Positions 8,871 to 17,248 of a stretch of DNA of 31,235 bases are shown here, piece by piece. A program made the translations under genes and the position numbers. Within the stretch, counting starts at the first letter, position 1; every line of letters starts with the position of its first letter. The notes under the pieces were generated by a model that had not been told where the DNA came from, did no database searches, and saw only the letters and a program-made list of their open reading frames with translations. Location: the IMG/VR virus record IMGVR_UViG_3300025528_000251, positions 1 through 31,235 of that record; one strand, 5' to 3'. Source of the stretch: a virus (lineage: Duplodnaviria; Caudoviricetes).

Positions 8871-9356
8871 GTGAGCTTCGTTGCCATCCCGCCCCGCAGT
8901 GAACCGATTGCCCCGCCCCCGGAGCCTGAAGGCCTGATCGTCAACGACGGCTTCTTTCCCGATCTCGACCCAGCCGAGCTGGCCCTGCTCGCCAACATCT
9001 CCTCTTCCGTCACGCCGCAGGCGCTGCGCGGCGCGCTCGTTGCCGCGATCATCACCGTCGGCAATGACCTCTTCAACTGGGCCGTGCACCAGCAGGCAGC
9101 CGGGTTTGCAACGCTTGCCGACGTGCCCGCCCCCAAGATCGACGGCACCTCAAGACACGTGCTGCAGTACCGGCGCGCCGTTGCCCTTTGCGCCAAGGCC
9201 GAGCTGATCGAGCGCTACCGCGACTTCGATACGACGGCGGCCGGCGGGAAGGATCTGGACGAGCTGGGCGAGAGCATCGGCGACCTGCGCCGCGACGCCC
9301 TGCACGCCGTGCGCGACATTCTGGGCCGCGCCCGCACCACGGTGGAGCTGATCTGA
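8871..9356 (+). CDS. L: Head completion/stabilisation protein (P2 gpL)
   Basis: NDGFFPD, YRRAV, ERYRDFDTT, C-terminal TVELI; AAGGAG RBS before GTG. Confidence 0.92.
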   Translation: MSFVAIPPRSEPIAPPPEPEGLIVNDGFFPDLDPAELALLANISSSVTPQALRGALVAAIITVGNDLFNWAVHQQAAGFATLADVPAPKIDGTSRHVLQYRRAVALCAKAELIERYRDFDTTAAGGKDLDELGESIGDLRRDALHAVRDILGRARTTVELI

Positions 9357-9568
9357 TGGCCCTGACCGTCACGGCCCGTCAGGGCGACACGCTCGATGCG
9401 CTGATCTGGCGGGCGGCAGGCCTCAAGGCCACCGACATCGCCCGCGTCCTCGAGATCAATCCCGGCCTTGCTGACCTCGGCCCCGTGCTGCCGGTCGGCA
9501 CCAAGGTCCGGCTCCCCACCACCACGAGCCAGCCGCAGACCCGCCCGCTCGTCCAGCTTTGGGACTGA
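9356..9568 (+). CDS. X: Tail protein X (LysM-like)
   Basis: ARQGDTLDALIWR, NPGLADLGPVLPVGT, VQLWD; TGATG overlap with L. Confidence 0.92.
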   Translation: MALTVTARQGDTLDALIWRAAGLKATDIARVLEINPGLADLGPVLPVGTKVRLPTTTSQPQTRPLVQLWD

Positions 9569-9571
9569 CCC

Positions 9572-9913
9572 ATGACCCTGCCTGAAATCCTGCGTGAATT
9601 CTGGGAGTCGGCACAGGCCGCTGCCGCTGCCCTCACCCCCGCCGCCATCGGCTCGGCCGTTGCCCAGGCATGGCGGCCCGGCCTGCCGTGGCGGCAACGC
9701 CTCGTCCAGTGGATCGTCGGGATCTGCGTCAGCTATTACGTGACGCTGGGCGCAACCGAAGTCTTCAACCTGTCGCCGTTTCTGGCGCAGGCCTGCGGCT
9801 TCGTCATCGCCATGATCGCCTTCGAGGCCGCACCGGGCTTTATCCGCGCCGCCAGCGATCTGGCCGCCGACCTGCCCGCGCTGATCAAGGCCCGCCTCGG
9901 GAGGAGCAAATGA
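9572..9913 (+). CDS. Probable holin
   Basis: 113 aa, 2-3 hydrophobic segments, basic C-terminus, located between X and the endolysin. Confidence 0.75.
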   Translation: MTLPEILREFWESAQAAAAALTPAAIGSAVAQAWRPGLPWRQRLVQWIVGICVSYYVTLGATEVFNLSPFLAQACGFVIAMIAFEAAPGFIRAASDLAADLPALIKARLGRSK

Positions 9914-10578
9914 TCCCGTCCCGCTCGATCTTTGCCGCGCAGGCCAACCTCGCCAAGGCGGGCTATGAGCCCGGCACGGTCGACGGCATTCTCGGCCCCA
10001 GGACGCTCGCCGCCTGGTGCAGCTTCCTCGTCGGCCGACCGTTGGGCGCGCTCGGCCTTTTGCTTGGCACCGCCATGGCGGGCGACTTCCGCCGCTTCGA
10101 CATCACGACGCCGCTGCGCATGGCGCATTTTCTGGCGCAGGCCGCGCACGAGACCGGCGGCTTTCGCCATTTCGTCGAGCTGGGCTCTGGCGACGGGCCG
10201 GACCCAGACCCTTACGACGACTACCTCCAGCGCTACGACTACCGGCGCGATCTCGGCAACGGTGCGCCCGGCGATGGCGAGCGCTATCGGGGCCGCGGCA
10301 TTTTCCAGCTGACCGGCAAGGCCAACTATGCCGCCTTCGGCCAGCGCGTCGGGATTGATCTTCTGGCCCAGCCGCACCGCGCCGCCGAGCCGGAACTCTC
10401 GGTGCTGATCGCCTGCCTCTACTGGTCGGATCGCCGCCTGAACAGCCTCGCCGATTCCGATGACCTCGTTGCCGTCACCCGGCGCATCAACGGCGGCACC
10501 AATGGCCTGGCTGATCGCCGCCAGTATCTCACCCGCGCCAAGTCCATCTGGGAGCTGCGCCATGACCGCATTGCTTAG
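9910..10578 (+). CDS. Endolysin, glycoside hydrolase family 19, with N-terminal peptidoglycan-binding motif
   Basis: PGTVDGILGPRT, AHFLAQAAHETGGF, YRGRGIFQLTGKANY, TRRINGGTNGLADR; RBS GAGGAG, ATG 9910. Confidence 0.92.
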   Translation: MIPSRSIFAAQANLAKAGYEPGTVDGILGPRTLAAWCSFLVGRPLGALGLLLGTAMAGDFRRFDITTPLRMAHFLAQAAHETGGFRHFVELGSGDGPDPDPYDDYLQRYDYRRDLGNGAPGDGERYRGRGIFQLTGKANYAAFGQRVGIDLLAQPHRAAEPELSVLIACLYWSDRRLNSLADSDDLVAVTRRINGGTNGLADRRQYLTRAKSIWELRHDRIA

Positions 10579-11020
10579 CCTCATCGGCAAACACCGGGCC
10601 GACCTGACCCTGCTCGCCGTGGCGCTTGCCGCTGCGGGGCTGTGGGTCGCTTACGCCAGCACCAAAGCCGAGCTGACCGAGACCACCCTCCGGGCCGAGC
10701 AGATCTGTGCAGCCGCTGGCAGCGCATACCAGCCTGCCACGGGCAAGCCCGGCGAGGCCTGCGCCCGGCAGGTCACCCGGCTCACCGCCTTCAAGAGCGA
10801 AGCCCAGGACAAAACCAACGAGGCGCTGCTCGCCGCAATGCACGCCCGCGAGGAAAAACAGGCGCGCGATGCCGAGCGTCGTCAGGCGCGCCTCGAGAGC
10901 CGCCTTGCCGCCCTTTCCGCCATGCACACCGCCGAGGAAGAGGTTCATGATGATCAAGTCACTGGCAGCTGGTTTGCTGCTCTCAATCGCCTTGCAGGCC
11001 TGCGCGCACCAGGCCGCTGA
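10562..11020 (+). CDS. Probable inner-membrane spanin (Rz/LysB-like)
   Basis: N-terminal transmembrane segment followed by a helical coiled coil with two Cys; follows the endolysin. Confidence 0.75.
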   Translation: MTALLSLIGKHRADLTLLAVALAAAGLWVAYASTKAELTETTLRAEQICAAAGSAYQPATGKPGEACARQVTRLTAFKSEAQDKTNEALLAAMHAREEKQARDAERRQARLESRLAALSAMHTAEEEVHDDQVTGSWFAALNRLAGLRAPGR

Positions 11021-11252
11021 CCCGGCGCCGACGGCGGTTGCCGTTGCCATCCGCGACACGCCGCCCGCCGAGCTGCTCGCCTGCCCGCAGCGCCCCGAAG
11101 GCTTCCCGCTGGACAGCATCGCCACCCTGCCCAAACCCGTGCGCGAGGCCGCGATGCGGCTCGCCCAAAGCTATGCCGAGATCGCCGACCAGCTCGAGCG
11201 GCTGATCGGCTGGCACGGCCCCTCTTGCCCAAGGGAGACCCCCGATGCGTAA
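10947..11252 (+). CDS. Probable outer-membrane lipoprotein spanin (Rz1/LysC-like)
   Basis: Signal peptide MMIKSLAAGLLLSIALQA-C with lipobox; Pro-rich PPAELLACP; overlaps the 3' end of the i-spanin in another frame. Confidence 0.8.
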   Translation: MMIKSLAAGLLLSIALQACAHQAADPAPTAVAVAIRDTPPAELLACPQRPEGFPLDSIATLPKPVREAAMRLAQSYAEIADQLERLIGWHGPSCPRETPDA

Positions 11253-11769
11253 GCCTGACAGTCTGCGCCGCTGGCTCGAGGCCTGCGTGCCCGAGCTGAA
11301 GCGCCACCCCGACCAGCTGCAGGTTTACGTCGACAATGGCTCCATCTCGGCCCGGCGCGGCGAGACCCTGTCGTTCGCCTACGGCTACACGCTGGCCGTG
11401 CTGGTGACCGACTACGCGGGCAGCCCCGATCAGATCGTCATCCCCTTGCTCGCCTGGATCGAGCAGGAGCAGCCCGACCTTTTGAAGCGCCCCGACAGCC
11501 AGCCGTTCCGCTATGAGGCCGAGATCCTCGACCGCAAGCGCGTGGACTTGCTGCTCCAGATCGATCTGACCGAGCCGGTCGTCGTCACGCCCCGGCCGGA
11601 CAACAGCGGCTTTGATATCGACCACCCGGCCCCGCCCCCGGTCAACACCTTCCCCGGCGTTGACGCCTCATGGCTGCGCCAGTGCTACGCCGCGACCGAA
11701 CTGGTAGGCGAGACCCAAGACCCCAGCGTCGAACTCAAGCCCGGCATTCCGCCCGAGGTCGGGCCGTGA
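11245..11769 (+). CDS. R: Tail completion protein R
   Basis: MRKPDSLRRWL, SFAYGYTL, PLLAWIEQEQPDL, IDLTEPVVV. Confidence 0.92.
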   Translation: MRKPDSLRRWLEACVPELKRHPDQLQVYVDNGSISARRGETLSFAYGYTLAVLVTDYAGSPDQIVIPLLAWIEQEQPDLLKRPDSQPFRYEAEILDRKRVDLLLQIDLTEPVVVTPRPDNSGFDIDHPAPPPVNTFPGVDASWLRQCYAATELVGETQDPSVELKPGIPPEVGP

Positions 11770-12455
11770 GCGACGATCTGGTCGAGATCGAGCGTATGGC
11801 CGGAGGCTTGCTGCGCCAGCTCTCCTCCGGGCAGCGCCGCAGCCTGCTGCGCCGTATGGCCCGCGACATGGCGGCCCGCAACCGCACGCGCATTGCCGCC
11901 CAGCAAGCCCCGGACGGCACGGCCTACGAGCCGCGCCGCAAGCGCGAGCCGCCGCGCACCAGCAACCATTCGGTCTGCTTTCTTTACCCCTCGGGCGGCT
12001 CCGGCGCGCCGCGCAAGGTGATCTTGCGCCAATACGCGCTCGAGAAGACCGGCGAGACCAACACCATGATGACCGGCTTCGACATCGAGGCCGGAGCCAT
12101 CCGCAGCTTCTTCCATGACAAGGTGATCAAGTGGCTGCCCGTTGACGAGGAGCACCGCAACAAGATGGGCGGGCGGCTGAGCAAAAAGGGGAGCCTGCGC
12201 CGCAAGGCGATGTTCCGCCGCCTCGCCACGGCCCGCCTGCTGCGTTCCGGCACGGACGATCACGGCTTCTGGGTCGGCTTTACCGGCCGCGCCGCCGAGG
12301 TCGCCCGCATCCACCATGAGGGCCTGCGCGACCGGCCCGCGCTCAGGGCCAAGCCCATCCCCTATCCCCGCCGCCCGCTCGTCGGCTTCAGCGATGCCGA
12401 CCGGCAAGCGCTGCTCGACATGCTCTATGCGCACCTGTTGGAAGCTGCCGCCTGA
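11766..12455 (+). CDS. S: Tail completion/virion morphogenesis protein S with a ~60-aa insertion
   Basis: RIAAQQAPDGTAYEPR, MFRRL, ARIHHEG, YPRRPLVGFS; GTGA overlap with R; 229 aa versus about 150 for P2 gpS. Confidence 0.88.
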   Translation: MSDDLVEIERMAGGLLRQLSSGQRRSLLRRMARDMAARNRTRIAAQQAPDGTAYEPRRKREPPRTSNHSVCFLYPSGGSGAPRKVILRQYALEKTGETNTMMTGFDIEAGAIRSFFHDKVIKWLPVDEEHRNKMGGRLSKKGSLRRKAMFRRLATARLLRSGTDDHGFWVGFTGRAAEVARIHHEGLRDRPALRAKPIPYPRRPLVGFSDADRQALLDMLYAHLLEAAA

Positions 12456-12464
12456 CCCGCCTGT

Positions 12465-12489
12465 TTTTGGAGAGGCAGCCTCTCCAAAA
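12465..12489. promoter_or_regulatory. Late-promoter palindrome upstream of J
   Basis: TTTTGGAGAGG-CAG-CCTCTCCAAAA, a perfect 11-bp inverted repeat. Confidence 0.8.
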
Positions 12490-12532
12490 CCTCCCTATAG
12501 CTCCTCGCCGCCAGCACCGCCGACAAAGGCGC

Positions 12533-13426
12533 ATGGCCGATTCAACCTTCACCGCCGTTGACCTCTCCCGCCTGCCCGCCCCGCAGGTGGTGGAGACGCT
12601 GGATTACGAGACGATCCTTGCCGAGCTGATCGCCGCGCTGCGCCTGCTCCTGCCCGACTTCCAGCCGCTCGAAAGTGACCCGGCGACCAAGGTGCTGCAG
12701 ATCGTCTCCTACCGCGAGATCCTGCTGCGCCAGCGCATCAACGATGCCGCCCGCGCCGTCATGCCCGCCTATGCCAGTGGTGCCGATCTCGACAACCTCG
12801 CCGCGCTGCTCGGCGTCACCCGCTTCACCCTCGATCCGGGCGACCCGGTGCTGGGCATTCCGCCGACGATGGAAAGCGATACCGATCTGCGCCGCCGCAT
12901 GGTGCTGGCCCCGGAAGGCTACTCGGTCGCCGGTCCTGAAGGCGCGTACATCTTCCATGCCCTCTCGGCCGATCCGGACGTGCTGGATGCCAGCGCCACC
13001 AGCCCCACCCCCGGCGAGGTCATCGTCTCGATCCTCTCGCGCTCCGGCGATGGCACCGCCTCGCCGGAGTTGGTCGCCGCCGTTGCGGCTCACGTCTCGT
13101 CTGACCGCTTGCGCCCGCTGACCGACCACGTCACCGTCCAGTCCGCCGAGATTGTGCCCTATACGGTGGAGGCCACCCTCACCACCTTCTCCGGCCCCGA
13201 CGGCTCGGTCGTCATGGCCGAGGCCCAGCGCCGGATTGAAGCGTACATCGCCAACAGCCACCGACTCGGGCGCGACATCACCATCTCGGGGCTCCATGCC
13301 GCCTTGCATGTCGAGGGCGTGCACCGGGTGGTGCTGACGGCCCCAACCGCCGACATCATCATCGGGCGGGCGCAGGCTCCGCACTGCACCAGTTTGACCA
13401 TCGCCTATGACGGGACCGGCGAATGA
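12533..13426 (+). CDS. J: Baseplate assembly protein J
   Basis: VDLSRLPAPQVVETLDYE, ESDPATK, SVAGPEGAYIFHA, RPLTDHVTVQSA. Confidence 0.95.
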   Translation: MADSTFTAVDLSRLPAPQVVETLDYETILAELIAALRLLLPDFQPLESDPATKVLQIVSYREILLRQRINDAARAVMPAYASGADLDNLAALLGVTRFTLDPGDPVLGIPPTMESDTDLRRRMVLAPEGYSVAGPEGAYIFHALSADPDVLDASATSPTPGEVIVSILSRSGDGTASPELVAAVAAHVSSDRLRPLTDHVTVQSAEIVPYTVEATLTTFSGPDGSVVMAEAQRRIEAYIANSHRLGRDITISGLHAALHVEGVHRVVLTAPTADIIIGRAQAPHCTSLTIAYDGTGE

Positions 13427-13962
13427 CCGGCTCGCTGCTTCCGCCCAACGCGACCGCGCTTGAACGCGCCCTCGAGCTTGCAACCGCGCGCATGGCGGAT
13501 ATCGACACCAACCTGCGCAAGCTGTGGAGCCCGAGCCTCTGCCCGGTCGAGCTTCTGCCGTGGCTCGCCTGGGCGCTCTCGCTCGACAGCTGGTCGTCGG
13601 ACTGGCCCGAGGCGGTCAAGCGCGAGCGTGTCCGCCGGGCACTGGACATCGCCCGGCGCAAGGGCACGGCCCAAAGCGTGCGCTCCGTTGTCGAGAGCTT
13701 TGGCGGACAGGTCGCCATCCGCGAGTGGTGGCAAAAGAGCCCGCCGGGCGATCCGCACACCTTCGAGCTGGTCTTGACGCTGGGCAGCGCCACGGCTCCG
13801 GCCACTGCCGCCTTTGTCGATGCCGTCATTGCCGAGGTTGCCCGCACCAAGCCGGTGCGCTCGCACTTCACCTTCACCCAAGGCTTTGCCGCTGCCGCCC
13901 GCATTGGCGTTCTGGCCGCCGCCCGCCCCGTCATCACCGCCCGCCTCAACTGCGCCGCCTGA
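13423..13962 (+). CDS. I: Tail protein I
   Basis: LLPPNATALER, CPVELLPWLAWALSLDSW, KGT, EWWQ, KPVRSHF. Confidence 0.95.
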   Translation: MTGSLLPPNATALERALELATARMADIDTNLRKLWSPSLCPVELLPWLAWALSLDSWSSDWPEAVKRERVRRALDIARRKGTAQSVRSVVESFGGQVAIREWWQKSPPGDPHTFELVLTLGSATAPATAAFVDAVIAEVARTKPVRSHFTFTQGFAAAARIGVLAAARPVITARLNCAA

Positions 13963-13969
13963 GGATGCC

Positions 13970-14065
13970 ATGACCCTGCCCCTGCCGACCCCGCCTGAAC
14001 TGATCCTGCTGGCCCTTGGAGCCGCCCTCATCGTTCTGCCCTTGCTCGCCAAAGTGAAGCCATGA
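13970..14065 (+). CDS. 31-aa hydrophobic micro-protein
   Basis: MTLPLPTPPELILLALGAALIVLPLLAKVKP; GAGG RBS; fills the I-H gap; ATGA overlap with H. Confidence 0.6.
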   Translation: MTLPLPTPPELILLALGAALIVLPLLAKVKP

Positions 14066-15492
14066 GCGGCCTCATTCTCACCATCACCGATGCCGGGCGC
14101 GCTGCGCTCGTCAATGCCAGCAACACCGGCACCACCCCGGTGCTGATGGCCTCGGTTGGCGTCTCGGCCACCAGCTTCACGCCCTCGCCAGCTGCCACCA
14201 CCCTGCCCGACGAGATCAAGCGGATCACGACCATCGCGGGCGAGGCCGTTGCGGACGATACCATTCACGTCACGGTGCGCGACGAAAGCGCCGATATCTA
14301 CACCGTGCGCTCGTTCGGGCTGTATCTGGCCGACGGCACGCTCTTCGCCGTTTACAGCCAGGCCAACCCGATCATGGAGAAGTCGGCGCAGGCGCTGCTG
14401 CTGCTCGCCATCGACGTGATCTTCGCCGACATCGAGGCGACCGACATCGCGTTCGGCGACGCCAGCTTTGCCAATCCCCCTGCAACGACCGAACGGCAGG
14501 GCGTGGTCGAGCTGGCAACCGAAGCCGAGACCGAGACCGGCAGCGATGCCGTCCGCGCCGTCACCCCCAAAGGGCTTAAGGCCGCCATCACCAAATGGCT
14601 GAACGACCGCTTCGGCGAAGGCGCGCCGTCTGCCTTCATCAAGGGTCTGCTGACCTCGGCCAGTGCTGCGGCGCTGCGCACGTCACTCGAGATCAAATCG
14701 GCCGCGCTCAAAGACGAAGGCGATAGCAAAGGGCTGGATGCGGATCTGCTCGACGGTCAGCACGGCAGCTACTACGCCAATATTCCGGCCCGGCTCGGCT
14801 TCACGCCGTGGGGGCCGAGTAACGATGGCGCAGGCTCGGGCCTCGATGCGGACTTGCTGGACGGATACCACGCATCATCCTTTGCATTGCTGTCGGGTGC
14901 TGGTTTCTCGGGCAACGTTTCCGTTGCAGGGACGATTTACATTAGCGGCACGGGCCTCCAGCGCTCTGGCACGCCTGCCGGGACGTTCTTTGGGGTTACG
15001 CCTGATGGTGACTGGATCGCGAAGGGGCAGAATTTCTCCGTCACGAATGCGGCCGGGACCGTCAATTTCATCTCCGTTTCGCAGAGCGGTATTTTTCGGG
15101 CGGGGAATAGGCTTTGGGACGCGGGTAATGATGGCTCGGGCTCCGGCCTCGACGCGGACCTGCTCGACGGCCAGCACGCAAGTGTCTTTGCCAAGCTGGC
15201 GGATTTCGTCGCCAGTAAGACCGCCAACGGCTACTGCAAGCTGCCCAACGGCATGATCATTCAGGCGGGCCGCTACTCCCAAAACGCCAACACCTTGATC
15301 TCGGTCGTTTTCCCGCTGGCCTTTCCCAACATGTGTATGGGCGTCGTCACGAACGGCACAGGAGATGCCAGCTTCGGGGCCGAGGGCAACACCCCGACCG
15401 TTTACAACGGCTCGGTCACGACGGGCGGTTTCCAGTCGCACAACGCCAACGACAACGGCACCACCGCCTATTTCATCGCATTCGGATACTAA
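14062..15492 (+). CDS. H: Tail fibre protein (gpH position)
   Basis: N-terminal ITDAGRAAL...FGLYLADGTLFAVY, ATTERQGVVELAT, three GLDADLLDG repeats, C-terminal NGYCKLPNGMIIQ...FPLAFPN. Confidence 0.9.
   Translation: MSGLILTITDAGRAALVNASNTGTTPVLMASVGVSATSFTPSPAATTLPDEIKRITTIAGEAVADDTIHVTVRDESADIYTVRSFGLYLADGTLFAVYSQANPIMEKSAQALLLLAIDVIFADIEATDIAFGDASFANPPATTERQGVVELATEAETETGSDAVRAVTPKGLKAAITKWLNDRFGEGAPSAFIKGLLTSASAAALRTSLEIKSAALKDEGDSKGLDADLLDGQHGSYYANIPARLGFTPWGPSNDGAGSGLDADLLDGYHASSFALLSGAGFSGNVSVAGTIYISGTGLQRSGTPAGTFFGVTPDGDWIAKGQNFSVTNAAGTVNFISVSQSGIFRAGNRLWDAGNDGSGSGLDADLLDGQHASVFAKLADFVASKTANGYCKLPNGMIIQAGRYSQNANTLISVVFPLAFPNMCMGVVTNGTGDASFGAEGNTPTVYNGSVTTGGFQSHNANDNGTTAYFIAFGY
14731..15180 (+). 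repeat. Three degenerate (NDGxGS)GLDADLLDGxH repeats in the tail fibre
   Basis: Copies at 14731-14764, 14821-14874 and 15127-15180. Confidence 0.85.
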
Positions 15493-15495
15493 GCC

Positions 15496-15906
15496 ATGGC
15501 CAAGTTCTTCTCGCCCGGAACCCGCAGCTTTTATGACGATCAGATCCATGGAACCGCCAGCATTCCTCTGGATGCCCTGCTGATCACGGACGAGCAGCAT
15601 CGCTTGCTCCTCGAAGCACAGGCCGATGGTCGGGTGATCGCGGTTGTTGGCGGCGCGGTCGTCGCCGAGGAGCCGCAGCCGCCCACGACCGAGGAACTGC
15701 TGGCCGCCTTGCGGCGCAAGCGCGACCGGCTGCTGCGCGAGAGCGACTTCACCCAAATCCCCGATGCGCCGCTGAGCACCACCGCGCGCGCCGCCTGGGC
15801 CACCTACCGGCAAGCGCTGCGCGACCTGCCCGAGCTTTACGCCGACAACCCGGCCAGCGCCGTCTGGCCGAGCGCACCTGACGAGGAGACCTCCCATGCA
15901 AGCTGA
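15496..15906 (+). CDS. Tail fibre assembly chaperone
   Basis: FSPGTRSFYD, RRKRDRLLRESDFTQIPDAP, WATYRQALRDLP, VWP. Confidence 0.88.
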   Translation: MAKFFSPGTRSFYDDQIHGTASIPLDALLITDEQHRLLLEAQADGRVIAVVGGAVVAEEPQPPTTEELLAALRRKRDRLLRESDFTQIPDAPLSTTARAAWATYRQALRDLPELYADNPASAVWPSAPDEETSHAS

Positions 15907-16162
15907 TCTGACCACCGACATTGGCGCTTACGATGCCGCCACCCGCACCGTGCCGGTAACCTTCACTCAAGGCGACATCGTCCACCCGCGCACCGTCAAC
16001 GCCTGCCTTGACGCGGCCGGTCAATACGATGCGGCTGCAACCGAGGCGCGTGTCGCGGAAGTGGCGCGCGGCGTTGCGCACAAGATCGCGCTGGGCGTCA
16101 TCACCGCCGCGCCGCCAGCAGAGCCGGAGGCAGCAGAAGAGGTGGAAGAACCCGAGGCGTAA
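15896..16162 (+). CDS. Hypothetical phage protein (88 aa)
   Basis: GAGGAG RBS, overlaps the chaperone stop, phage-like codon usage, acidic tail. Confidence 0.75.
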   Translation: MQADLTTDIGAYDAATRTVPVTFTQGDIVHPRTVNACLDAAGQYDAAATEARVAEVARGVAHKIALGVITAAPPAEPEAAEEVEEPEA

Positions 16163-16171
16163 AGCGTATTT

Positions 16172-16284
16172 CCCCTGCGCTTCGGCAAGGGGGGCGAGGT
16201 GGTGCAGCACCTCAAACCGCGAGCGGCCACTCGCACCCAAGGCCCGGCGCAAGCCGGGCCTCAAGTCCCCTCAACCGTGGGGGC
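16172..16284 (+). ncRNA. Candidate structured RNA leader (five hairpins) upstream of the methylase
   Basis: Stems 16172-16192 (C-UUCG-G loop), 16196-16213, 16219-16234, 16240-16261 (9 bp, GCAA loop), 16265-16284. Confidence 0.55.
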
Positions 16285-16302
16285 ATTTGTAAAGGCTGCT
16301 TC

Positions 16303-17151
16303 ATGGAAATGCCATCCAATTTGTTCCCTGTACGTTCTGTAAAGCCGGTGGCCGGTTACATCGGCGGCAAGCGTAATCTGGCCAAACGTTTGACCCGGAT
16401 GATCGAGCGCATCGACCACACCACCTACGCCGAGCCGTTCGTTGGCATGGGCGGCATCTTCCTGCGCCGCGCGGCCCGGCCCAGATCAGAAGTGATCAAC
16501 GACATCTCGGGCGATGTCGTCACCCTGTTCCGCATCCTGCAGGAGCACTATCCCTACTTCATCGACCTGCTGAAATGGCGGCTGACCAGCCGGGCCGACT
16601 TCGAGCGGCTGATGAAGACGGACCCGGAAACCCTGACCGACCTGCACCGCGCCGCCCGGTTCCTTTACCTCCAGCGCCTCGCCTTTGGCGGCAAGGTTGC
16701 GGGCCGCACCTTCGGCGCTGACCCGAGCAGCCCTGCCCGGTTCGATGTGACCAAGCTGGAGCCCATGCTGGCGGACGTGCACGAGCGCCTCGCGGGCGTC
16801 ATCATCGAGCGCCTGCCCTATGGCGACTTTATCGCGCGCTACGACCGGGCGGGCACGCTGTTTTACCTCGACCCGCCCTACTGGAACTGCGAGACCGACT
16901 ATGGCACGGGCGTCTTCAGCCGCAAGGACTTTGCCCGGCTGGCGGGCCAGCTGGCGGGCCTCCGGGGCAAGTTCCTCCTCTCGATCAACGACACGCCGGG
17001 CGTGCGCGAGACCTTCGCGGCTTTCCCCATGATCGAGATTGCAACCAGCTACTCGATCTCGACCAGCGCCACCGGCCGCGCCAAGCCCGTGGGCGAGCTG
17101 ATCATCACCAACGTGCCCAACCTGTTCACCGGCGAGGGCGTGAACGACTGA
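16303..17151 (+). CDS. Dam-like (D12 class) DNA adenine methyltransferase, orphan
   Basis: YIGGKRNLA, YAEPFVGMGGIF, EVINDI, FYLDPPY, LSIND, ELIITN. Confidence 0.93.
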   Translation: MEMPSNLFPVRSVKPVAGYIGGKRNLAKRLTRMIERIDHTTYAEPFVGMGGIFLRRAARPRSEVINDISGDVVTLFRILQEHYPYFIDLLKWRLTSRADFERLMKTDPETLTDLHRAARFLYLQRLAFGGKVAGRTFGADPSSPARFDVTKLEPMLADVHERLAGVIIERLPYGDFIARYDRAGTLFYLDPPYWNCETDYGTGVFSRKDFARLAGQLAGLRGKFLLSINDTPGVRETFAAFPMIEIATSYSISTSATGRAKPVGELIITNVPNLFTGEGVND

Positions 17152-17177
17152 CGTGAACGCCTGCGCGGCAACCGGTA

Positions 17178-17206
17178 GTTTTTGGAGAGGCAGCCTCTCC
17201 ACAAAC
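17178..17206. promoter_or_regulatory. Late-promoter palindrome upstream of V
   Basis: GTTT-T-TGGAGAGG-CAG-CCTCTCCA-C-AAAC; 17178-17201 is identical to 12463-12486. Confidence 0.8.
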
Positions 17207-17248
17207 GCCCCCGCGCATCGCCTCCCCATCCGCGCCATTGTCAGGCGC

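Noticed and set aside
14062-15906. Invertible tail-fibre cassette or diversity-generating retroelement
   Set aside because: No invertase, reverse transcriptase, inverted repeats or adenine-specific template/variable pair; the repeats differ mostly at synonymous positions
16303-17151. Methylase as part of a restriction-modification system with rloAB
   Set aside because: No endonuclease or specificity gene; it lies in a late operon more than 13 kb away and has phage-like codon usage
5973-17206. The three palindromes as CRISPR repeats, REP elements or IS ends
   Set aside because: They are kilobases apart, have no spacers or transposase, and each sits at a fixed distance from an operon start
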